From Vitrella brassicaformis CCMP3155 (taxonomy: Eukaryota; Protista; Chromerida), in assembly GCA_001179505.1 (NCBI GenBank), contig CDMY01000792.1:1-19845 (forward strand): a stretch of DNA of 19,845 nt. The letters run 5' to 3'. The position numbers were made by a program, and so were the translations under genes. This document shows, one piece after another, positions 9,608 through 19,448 of the stretch; position 1 is the stretch's first letter, and every line of letters starts with the position of its first letter. Below the pieces are notes generated by a model. The model did not search any database. It was not told the origin of the DNA and saw only the letters and a list, made by a program, of their open reading frames with translations.

Positions 9608-12600
9608 ATGGACAAGGGTTCACGAAAGCTCAGCCTGGCATCGGTGGTTCCAGTTCACGAGGAGGGACTTGCTGTGAGCCACCCAGCTGTGCAGGCACAG
9701 CAGATGGAAGAAGAGCCACAGGTCAGCGGCATACTTCGCTGGCTGCAGACGAGAGATAGGCTGCAGAATGGCCTCTCTTTTTGCGTTTATGCGTGCGTAG
9801 GTGACACGAGCATCTGTGAGTGCTGGGGCGGCATCTGCAGCCACGCCAGCTGCTTCTGCTCAGCATGACGAGGGGCGACGGCGGTCGTCCGTCGAGGGCT
9901 ACGTGGGGCTGCCTCCTGACACTGTCACTGACCATGAACCGCCTGCAAGACAACTTGAAGAGGTGCAGTTGGCAAGCAGGCACCCACGTTTCGAGCAATG
10001 CGTCTGTGTCCGGTGTTGTGGCCTGTATGCAGGCTCACATAGTATCGTTTCCGGCCATGTTGGAAAGGCAGACGACAACGGAGATCGACCTGGTGAAGCT
10101 GGTGGAGGGTGCCATCGAATCGAACAACCTGGCCCAGCTCAAGAAGGTCGTCAACAGCCTCTCGGACGATGAGGCGGAGAAGGTCTTCGCATCAGCGGTG
10201 TTCTCGGACTCGTCCCGTGACGAGTACAGCACCGCCACGCACATGATCGCTGGTGTGAGCGGCGGGCTCCTGGCCCCACGAATTCGTCTTCCATGCCACC
10301 TATCCCCCATTTCTGCGTCCTCCATTTCTCTTCACGTGTGTCTGTCTTTCAGCAAAGGGTCGGGTGGATATGCTGGAGTGGTTGCTGAAGGGATGGCTGC
10401 ACTACCTAAGGATGGAAGACCAGGTGGGCAGGGAGCCGCCGGCGCTGCCTTCCTGGCTGTCTGTCCGTAGTATATGCACCCTTTTGCCCTCGATCAGAAT
10501 GGCAAGACGCCTCTCCACGTGGCGGCCAAGGAGAACCAAATTGCCATTGTTGAAAAGATTGTGGACATCTTGGGATCACATGAGTTGGAGGCACAGGACG
10601 AGGTGCGTGACTTGGGGCTAAAGGGAAGCGACAGACACGCACATGTGCTTCTGGCTGGCTGGCTGGCTGGCTGGCTGGGTGGGTGGCTGGATGTAGTTTG
10701 GCAGGACGGCCCTCGAGATCGCTGCAGGTAGGTACGTAGGTACAAGAAGTGTCCCATGTCTCAATGAACAAGAGTAGGGCCATAGATGCATTCCCCGTGT
10801 GGATGTATCCAGGCAGCGGGAGCGTCAAGATAGTGGAGGTGATGTTGCAGATGAACCCAGACCTCATCAAGATAACAAACAACGTAGCACGACCCAACAA
10901 CCAGTCTTGTCCATGCTCGCGGATGTGTGCATTCATGCAGCTTGGCCAAGTCCCCTTGCACGTTGCAGCCGAGAGGAATCAGACGGAGGTAGTCGACAAA
11001 ATCGTGGAGATGCTCGGTGCATCCGTACTCGACACAAGAAACGAGGTACAGTGTGAGTGAATCGCACGCCAATGACTCCTCTTGGTCTCTCGCCCCTTTC
11101 TCCATCAGGACGGGTCCACGGCACTTCACTCTGCCGCAGGTGCAGCAACAGACGATCGCACAGAACATCAAATGACATGGTGTAGTGGATGTGGACGCCT
11201 TATTTTGTTCTCTCCGGCAGCCAAGGGCAACACGAGCATGGCTGAGGTCTTACTCAAAGTCAATCCAAAGCTGTCACAGGCCACTAACGACGTATAGCCG
11301 GGCAGCAGAGGCAACATACATCAGCTGAACTGCTTATGCTCCTGATGCTGTTCTTATCTTTTGTCCAGGTCAACGCTACGGCCTTTCACATGGCGGCTGC
11401 CGGGAACCACCATCCTGTGGTTCAGCAGATGCTGGACATGTGCAGCGCTCGCGACCTCGCAGTGCAAGACCGAGTAAGTACATGTGACAACACACACATG
11501 CCCGTGATCATCCAGAAATCGATCGCTTCTCCATTGATTGCTGAATAATGTGCTGATGCAGGATGGCTTTACAGCTCTCCATACTGCAGCACGTGACCCT
11601 TCTGACTGACGAGACACACATCAAAGGCTGCCATGTCCCTTGTCTCAGAGTTCGGTAGCGTGGAGGCCTTTGAGACCCTATACAAGGCAGCACCCGACCT
11701 GCTCAAGACCAAAGACAAGGTCGCCCTCTCTCGCCACAGACATACTCATTGTATACTGACCTGCGTGCATGTTCATGCCATGTGTCTCCTGGTTCTCTGC
11801 CTGCATACATGGATGGGCACACAAATAGGAGGGAGAGACGCCGATCCATTTGGCGGTCAAGAGGGGCCAGCCCAAGGTGATGGAGAGCATCGTGTCAACA
11901 GTGGGTCCCGACGCCTGGGACGTCACCAACGAGGTGGTTGGCCACATCACATGCCAAGACATGGTTCACGCATACATGACAGACATCCATTGACACTTCT
12001 GCAGAGTGGGGACACGATCATGCACATCTTGGCAAGTGAGTGGAGCAATGTGGTGCTACAGATACACTCACATGCGGCACCTCCTGTGTGTATGTCGCCG
12101 CCTCTCTGCAGACAAGGGGACCGTCGAATTCGTCAGTAAGCTGGTGGACGAGAGGCCAGAGCTGCTCAAGATGCAAAACAATGTAAGTATCATCATCCAA
12201 GCATGCACACATCTGCGAGTTCGATCGTTGATGATTGGTGTCAGGACGGGGAGATTCCCCTCCACATGGCATCGAGTGAGGCCTACGGCACAAGTACATG
12301 AATGCCATCTTCCGCTGCGTTTTGTCTACAGTCCGCGGCAGGTTGGAGATATGTGACATGATGCTTAAAAAAAGACCCACACTGCTGCAAATCAAGGACA
12401 AGGTCAGTATACCAGACCTGTCTCATCAGACTGTCTCATCCTTCCCCTCTTTCATTTCTCGCAGCATGGCCAGACCCCCCTGCATTCTGCTGCCCGCGCC
12501 AAGCGTCCAGACGTTGTGGAGAAGATGTACGAGCTGGCGGGCGAGGTGATACTGCGGATGCTCCAGTCATTCGACCAGATCAAGTCGTTGCTGGCCACGG

Positions 12601-15600
12601 AGGGTTTCGTCAAGGCCCTACCTTTACTGCGGCACATGGTGGTCAAGGCCATGAAACAGTCAGAGGAGTCACCCTGCCTGGCACCGCTGCGGCTCTGCAT
12701 GGACCTCAGGAGGGCCATCGAGGCCAGACAAAGGGACTCATACACCAAGTAACCGACAAGGCCCACGCATACGCCCAACCAAAGCCACACCTCATCTCCT
12801 GTGCAGCGACATAGCTGATATGGCCGACTGGCTTGAGGCGTTTGCCGCGACTGCGTGTGCCGACATGAGCGAGTGGGAGTTCATGCAGTCACTTGAGAAT
12901 CACGAAAGGGTCTTCTTCAAATACCTTGACGAGGCAGAGGCACTGCAAGTCGTCACACAACGTAACGTCCTATGCCCAGACAGACATGTCTCGTGCTGGT
13001 TGTGATCTGTCTGTGTCTGTGTGGATGGGTCGCTTTGTGGTGCAGCCAACAGCATCCGTTTGGTCAAGGATTGGTGGCGGAAGTCGTATGTGTGGGTGGA
13101 CCTGGGCTACAAGCGCCACAGTGTCAAGAACAGACTATTCCTCTCCCCACGCATCGCATTCATGAGCAGACTCACAGCCATGATCGTACTGTAAGTAAGC
13201 ACCACACCATACATACATACAGACAGACAGACACGCAGCGCGGCCCACGCGTAGCATGTACTCCCTCTTGCTCTATATGTGTCTGTTTGTTTGATTGCAG
13301 GATAGTGTTTGTGTTGCTGCATGCGGAGACCGTCAAACGAAGCAATGACGAGCGGGGAGGCACCGACCTGTGGGTGTGGGGCATCGTCATCATGGGATTC
13401 GGATTCCTCGCACAAGACATCATGCAGGTAAGTACCCACCCATCCCATGGAGCCACGAAGGGGAGTCGGGGCGGGAAGCGATGCAGTGCTTTATTGCCTG
13501 TTGGGTGTAGATGGTGCGTTTGTCCAAGGTATACTGGAGCGAGTACTGGCGATACATGGAGTTGGTCAGTTCGCTGGCGACGTTTCTCTTCGTGGTGTCT
13601 CATTTCGTGGACGACTCGTCTGACCTGACAGTCAGCTCACTGTCGCTGGTCGGCCTGCTGTTCGCACTCAGACTACTGCAGATAGCCACACTCAGCTCAT
13701 CCACGGGACCACTCATTCTGTATGTGGGACGACAACACGCAGCCATTCGTTCACGCACACAGTGGATGCAAGCGTGGTGTTCGTGTGGGTGTTGTTCCAG
13801 TTCAGTGGTGAAGATATTCTCTGACATCAGCATGTTCCTGCTCCTCTTTGCGTACGTGCTGCTGACCGTCGCCGCCACACTCGTGACGCTGTCTTCCCAT
13901 GAGAACTACGAACACTTTGGCTCATACGGCAGGGCCATACTCTCTCTGTAAGGCGGGCAAGAAAGGGCAAAAGACAGATGGCTACTAAAAGACTTAAGCA
14001 TTCGTTAATCTTCACCAACGGGCAGGTTCTACGCCGTGTTGGGGTCATTCCAGGTGAAGCGTGCTGGTCAAAGGATATGTGTGCGCAGGGGTGTTTTGTC
14101 GCTCAGGAGCCGCTGGATAATTCGATCGATAACGAGTTTGTGCTGACGGCTAGCCTGCTGTGCCTCTTTCTCATACTCGCACCCATCATCCTCGTACGCA
14201 CATGACACATCGATGGCATACCACACACGCTCACCTGACTCTGCATCTGCGTCCCCCCTTCATCTGTCACACAGCTGAGCGTCTTGGTCGCCATCATGGT
14301 GAGGAGCAAGCTGCACACATGGCTGACGCGTCCTGTACATGGGTATCCTTCATACAGGCGTCTACGTGGGGCTCGATCGCACAATACCAAAACGCGCAGT
14401 ACCAGCTCATACGCATCCGCATACTCAACGAGTATTTGGTGAGCATACTTCACAGCAGTGCTGATATGCTTGATCTCCTCCCCCTCCACCTCGCCCAATT
14501 GCGTCTGTGTTCTTGTATGATCACGACACGACAGCTCATGCCCTCATATGAGCGACTCCCGCCCCCATTCTCTATCTTGGGTGACACACGATACTCAGAA
14601 CCATCGACGCAGGGAACCTTGCACCTTCACTGTCTGTTTGTCTCTTGTCTGTCTGTCTGTCTGTCTGTCTCTCGGTCACTCCGATGGATCATGCAGCTGT
14701 GTTGGTGCTGGCTCCCTTGCGGCATTTAGCGTGGCGCATCGGGGCCATTGTAAGGGAGCAGCCAATTAGCGACGCAAAGCAGAATCGAGCGTCGGTCTTC
14801 ACGGCCACGCCCGCCTCCCGTCCGCACCGGCAGACCAAGAGCAGCCGCCCATCCAGCCGATTCAGACACAGCGTCACGCGGATGCTCAACAGAGTGTCGA
14901 TATTCGACATATCCTTCAGAACCGACGCGAGAACAAGGTGGCGCAGCACACTGATGCAGCCGATGCGGCGGCACATGAGGCTGACAGGCTACTCGTGGCT
15001 GTCGATGAGCTACTGGGCCATCTTCATTGCCACCCTCATGATCGAGACACTCATGTACAGTGTGGCCATGACGCCCCTGCTGGTGGTGGCGGCCATGTGG
15101 GAGACCCTCGTGGGGTTGCTGCCGGTGGGGAAACACAGGCTGGTGGACTGGAGAGATCTGCTGCTGTTCCCTTACTTGCCCTTCCTCGCACCCGTCCTCA
15201 TCTTCTACTCTGTGCTCGAGGAACAAAGGAAGGTACACACAAAGAGGGGGGGGGTGAATGGATGGATGCGTGGCGTGCCGACTGGCTGCCAGGCTCAGGT
15301 TGAAAGGGACCGTGACATGGACGCCAAGCGGGAGAGGGAGGCCGAGGAAGCGAAGGAGAAGACAAGGATGACCTTCAATTTGGTGGCCACCAAAGACCTC
15401 GCGCTCATCGGCACCCCTCGGCCGAGCAAGTGGGCGCGTTACATTGACAACTGGAGCGAGACGGTCGATGCCCGCAAGGCAGAGACGCAAGACGTCATGG
15501 CTGGTGCGTGACATGATACATGTCTCACTCGACATTCCCATTTTGGTGCCTGCAGCCTTTAACAAGCTGTCAGCGTCTTTCAGCTCCTTCAAGGACGACG

Positions 15601-15834
15601 TGACAGCATGTAGGACCTTTCACATACCACGCAGATCAATCAATTACTCAATCTATTTATCACTCAATACATCATTTTGTGCCCGCCTCAAGTATGTGTG
15701 TATGTATGTAATGTATGTATGTGTGTGCAGTGTTGCATCGAATCGACGCCCGCCAGGTGGAGTCTGAGGCTCGCCAGATGCAGATAGAACAGCAGCTCCT
15801 TAAGAATGGCCAGGATGGCAATCCTGTGTCATAG
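9608..15834 (+). CDS. Ankyrin-repeat transient receptor potential (TRP)-type cation channel, ~1244 aa, 33 exons
   Basis: Exons: 9608-9721, 9801-9962, 10033-10252, 10353-10423, 10498-10602, 10697-10727, 10813-10883, 10941-11045, 11109-11139, 11221-11291, 11369-11473, 11562-11592, 11649-11719, 11829-11933, 12005-12035, 12112-12182, 12245-12275, 12332-12402, 12465-12748, 12807-12961, 13046-13190, 13301-13427, 13511-13719, 13801-13947, 14026-14053, 14107-14193, 14275-14298, 14358-14438, 14535-14580, 14697-15232, 15293-15503, 15556-15609, 15731-15834. They sum to 3735 nt and stay open to a TAG. About 11 ankyrin repeats (NGKTPLHVAA, DGSTALHSAA, DGFTALHTAA, EGETPIHLAV, HGQTPLHSAA). TRP landmarks in order: linker LRLCMDLRRAIEARQRDSYTNDIADMADWLEAFA; pre-S1 QPNSIRLVKDWW...SPRIAFMSR; S3 YWSEYWRYMEL; S4-S5 FALRLLQIATLSSSTGPLILSVVKIFSDISMF; pore FGSYGRAILSLFYAVLGSFQ; S6 ILLSVLVAIMASTW; TRP helix QYQLIRIRILNEY; LPPPFSIL; terminal coiled-coil-like segment. 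Confidence 0.88.
10651..10690. repeat. (CTGG)n intronic microsatellite
   Basis: Seven perfect CTGG units plus GTGG variants in intron 10603-10696. Confidence 0.9.
14646..14670. repeat. (TGTC)6 intronic microsatellite
   Basis: tgtctgtctgtctgtctgtctgtct in intron 14581-14696. Confidence 0.9.
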
Positions 15835-15985
15835 GATGTACACATGCATGTAGTGGTTCATTTTTCTGTTCACATACATACATTCATGGATGCTATGTGT
15901 ATGTCAAGTCCCGTCTCCTTTCTGTTTTCGCCTTGCTGTCACCAGGGAGACTATACTCACGTCATGATATGTTGTATCTGAACAT

Positions 15986-18900
15986 TTATACGTCATACAC
16001 GGCTTTCGCGACCGCCCTGGCTTCATTGATCATGTGCATGAGCCCCTCCGCCATGGCTTGCGCGTCTTCGTAGGCCCTCATGGCGTCCTCGGCCCTGCCA
16101 GGTCTTTTAGATGAGCCCTTCTTGCCCTTGTCACTCCCACCAGCATCCCGCTGCTGCCTCGCCCTCGCAGCACGCTTCTCATCACCCTGATCACACACAT
16201 ACCCCATTCTCACATGCACAGAGACCTATACAGCCTTATATCAGTGAAGCTGATGCTCGGCTCACAAGGAGTGTTTGTATTTCCATCTTCACTTTGGTCA
16301 GCCCGTCAGCAAGGCGCTGGACGGTCTCTCGCTGCTCGTCTGGAAGAGGCACATGGCCGTCAGTCGCCATGCTGTTGTCGATGGGTTTGGTGGCAGTGGG
16401 TATGGGCAGGTGTTCGGTCCAGAAGTGCTGAAGCAGCTCACGCGCCTTGACCAACTCTCGCTGCAACGCATCACTCACACGACTGTCCACGCCAGCTGAT
16501 TCAAGACACAGATCCGACGAACAAGGAAGGAAGGTGTATGCCAGATCAGGGCCGGTGACGTACTGATCGTCCACCTGATTTTGCAGTGATTTTTTTGCCA
16601 GTCGATACGGCCTGTGTGAATACTGCGATGGCTGTCTTGCCCTCCGTCACATCTGGATGGATCTGATGAGACCGCAAGCACACGCGCACCATGAAAGGAC
16701 AATGACCAGGGTCATGACCAGGACGCAGGCATCTCGTGCATCAGTCAGTCACCTTGAGAAGGAAGGATGGCTTCCAGTTCTGGAAGTTGGTCATCAGCTC
16801 GCCTATAAAATGACACCGCAGCACATGAAACTCCGGGAACTTCTGTCTTGTTGCTCGCCTACCAGTGGCCCTGTCCGTCCCATGTGTCCTGCCAGCCACC
16901 GGTGGCTCCCCAACTGACCCTGCAGCGGCCGAGGTGGCCCTAAGCTTGGTGAACACGCTCTGCCGGTCGAGGGGCAGCCGCTCAGCCGTCGCGCTGCCAT
17001 CCATCGCCCTCTGATTGGGCCTTATCCGCTTGGATGGGCTCCGATCGAGCGGCAGGTCGTCGAGGAGCACCTCACGGATGAGGTGATCGTGGCGATCATC
17101 ATCTCGCGGCCGCTTTCCTGCCCTCCTTTCGTCCGCCTGGGGGCTCTCGGGCTCCTGCTTGACCACCACAGGGGGGCGGCTGGAGGCTGGCGCTGTCAGC
17201 TCCGGTGGGGACGGCTTGGTGGCCGCCGCAATGGCGGCTTCGTTGAAGAGGTTCTTTCGCGATTGGTTGTTGAATCTGTTGACGAGTAGCTGGTACTGCG
17301 AGGGTCGGGTGTAGTAGGACAGGTCGCCAGCCAGCGAAGTGAAACTGTCGCGAGTGCCGAACCCTGACAGACATGAAACAGAGACATGCATGGAGATTGC
17401 TTGTCTTCCACTGCACATGTCGGTGGCTAACCTTTCCTTCGGACGGCCTCGCTAGCGATGAGGTCGACAGAGGGCAGCACGGACTCCTGCACTTCAGGCG
17501 TGGTGGGGCCCTGAAAACCGAAAGCCATGCATGGACGAGAAGGAGTGAGGCATTTCTCTCCAGAACAGAAGATGGATGCATGTCAGAGTGACCTGTGCGT
17601 GTAGCAGCTGTTTCTCGAGTCCCCTGACGACGACATTTTCCTCGTCGCTCTCGACTGAGAGTGAGGGTCCCTCCTTGCCCACCAGCCTGTGGTACAGCCG
17701 GCTGCGGAAGAGCTTCTGCCAAAACTCCACGTGGCTGAGGTGGTGCGGCACCAGCCTGTCGTACCGCGCCTTCAACTGTGGGTACTCAGTGAACATCTCA
17801 CGGAGAGCAGCCTCAGACACGTGCTGGTACTCCTTGGGCCGCGGCGCCCTGTCCTTGCCTGACTCGCCCGATGTGGTGGCGCGCTTGGGGCTGGTGGGTT
17901 TGGCCGGGGGAGGGCCAAGGATTTGCATGCGACGCACCAGACCGCGACGAGTGCCACCCTCCGCTGCCCCATGATGGTCCGCGGCCGTGGTGGCCGCCCT
18001 CATGTCACCCATGGTGGCAAACACGTCGGCAAACTCGTAGTCGCGCGCACCGCCGCCGTCGCCGTGCTCCTCCGACTGGTACTTGGACTCCATGACGCGG
18101 AAGAGTGTCTCGACCAGGAGGTCCTTGTCTACATGCAAGTGGGGCAAATCCTTGTCGGCCGCGTGCTCCACACTCTGGCCCTTCTGTAGCAGATAGGCGC
18201 GTCGGTGAGTGGGCTCCTGCCTGAGGAACGTCCTCACGAGCCCAGGATGGTCGAGGACATAGTGCAGGAGGGTCTCATAGTGGACTCGCCAGAATACGTC
18301 ATCGGTCATGAGCGGCACCCTCTCAACCTTGTCGTCCTTCTTGCCTCCCCTATCCCTCTGCCCCGCTGTCTTGGCCACATCATTGCCAAGCACCAGCAGG
18401 CTGTAGGCCATCCGCAACTCGGCCGTCTCGGTCCCATTGTCGGGGGCGGCTGTGCGCCCACCATCTCCTCCCTCCTTTTTGCTGCGCCCCGTGCCGTCTG
18501 CTGCATCCTCATCTGCATGATCCATGTCGGGCAGCTGGGCCGCTGACGCAGCGGACGAGATGCCCTTTGCTGCTGCCGCGTCGCGCCTCTCTGGGTTGAG
18601 CAAGGCTTGCTTGTAGTGAGTCAGCAGCCGTTCGCTGAGGAACTGGTGGTACTCGTGGTCGATCTGCACCACTGTGGGCTTGGGCTCGGCCGCAGCCGGC
18701 TGGGAGGTCGCCTGGGTGCGTTTGGCGATGCCCTCGAGGACAGCCTCGTAGACCTTGGTGCACTCCTGCTGCCGCGTGGTCACATCCGAGTGGGTGAACT
18801 CGACGATGGCCTTGTCGCCGCCAATCTCGTCGGGCCCAGTGTGGGCACCTGGCCTGAGTACGAACTTGAGTACGGCCCTCTCCATGTCCTGCTTGCTGCG

Positions 18901-19053
18901 CTGGACCTTCTGGACAGACGTGTAGAAGAGCAGACGTTTCTCGTTGGCGGCATTTACCAGCAGCAGCCGATAGTTGGTCGCCAGCAGGGTCCACTCCTTC
19001 TGCTTGTACTTGACCGTGATGTTCGAGTGCAACGGAACCTCCTGCTCAGACAT
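15986..19053 (-). CDS. GTF2H1: General transcription/repair factor TFIIH p62 subunit (TFB1)
   Basis: Exons (minus strand): 19053-17593, 17510-17432, 17363-16753 (possible in-frame intron 16918-16871), 16662-16575, 16495-16266, 16186-15986. N-terminal PH-like domain (VKYKQKEWTLL...LKFVL). BSD-like 1: LRMAYSLLVLG...MTDDVFWRVHY. BSD-like 2: LREMFTEYPQLKARYDRLVPHHLSHVEFWQKLFRSRLY. Also LLVNRFNNQS and C-terminal ARELLQHFW. This domain order is diagnostic for p62/Tfb1. Confidence 0.88.
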
Positions 19054-19077
19054 GTTATCCGCAGATTCCTGTCACGT

Positions 19078-19448
19078 TCACGTAGATCTGATCGGACCAG
19101 CTGTACAATGAACACGCCATCACACAAACGGACAGACAGACATCAATGAGATGCCGTTAGCGGCAATCAAGCCCTTTGTGCACAGACCTGTGCCTAGCGG
19201 CTCCTCTTCCCTCGAGCACGTGATCCGCATCCCGAACTGACGGACAAACAACACACACCGCAGATGATTTAAAAGGTGTCTGGCTGCAGTGAGTGGCTGT
19301 GTGAGTTGGTGTCTGCTCACCTTGCTCTCAAGGTGGTGCAGGGCATCTATCATGGCGTCGCGGGCTGAAACACCACTGCCAAATGACCTTGCGCTGTCCG
19401 TGTGCGGCTGCGTACCTTGACGAGCGCTTCGATAAAGTGTTCGACGAT
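19078..19448 (-). pseudogene. GMPPB: Truncated, degenerate fragment of mannose-1-phosphate guanylyltransferase (GDP-mannose pyrophosphorylase, GMPPB/PSA1/VTC1 family)
   Basis: IVEHFIEALVK at 19448-19416 ends at donor gtacg. A frameshifted KVI/LAVVFQP remnant follows. Then DAMIDALHHLESK (to 19321), intron 19320-19237, FGMRITCSREEEPLGT (19236-19188), intron 19187-19101, and AGPIR followed by ST-stop (TGA 19080-19078). EEPLGTAGPIR matches the family motif (E)EPLGTAGP(L/I). No N-terminal GGxGTRLRPLT motif was found upstream, and no sequence beyond GPIR was found downstream. Confidence 0.8.

Noticed and set aside
14726-15592. Long antisense ORF of 288 aa opposite the TRP C-terminal exons, and similar ORFs opposite TFB1 (18205-18546, 18607-19149)
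   Set aside because: Expected shadow ORFs of GC-rich coding sequence; they have no protein-like motifs.
601-15834. Possible flagellar or sensory gene cluster (DC2 plus TRP channel)
   Set aside because: The two genes are separated by a transposon, a spliceosomal gene and an orphan gene. Nothing in the sequence indicates co-regulation.
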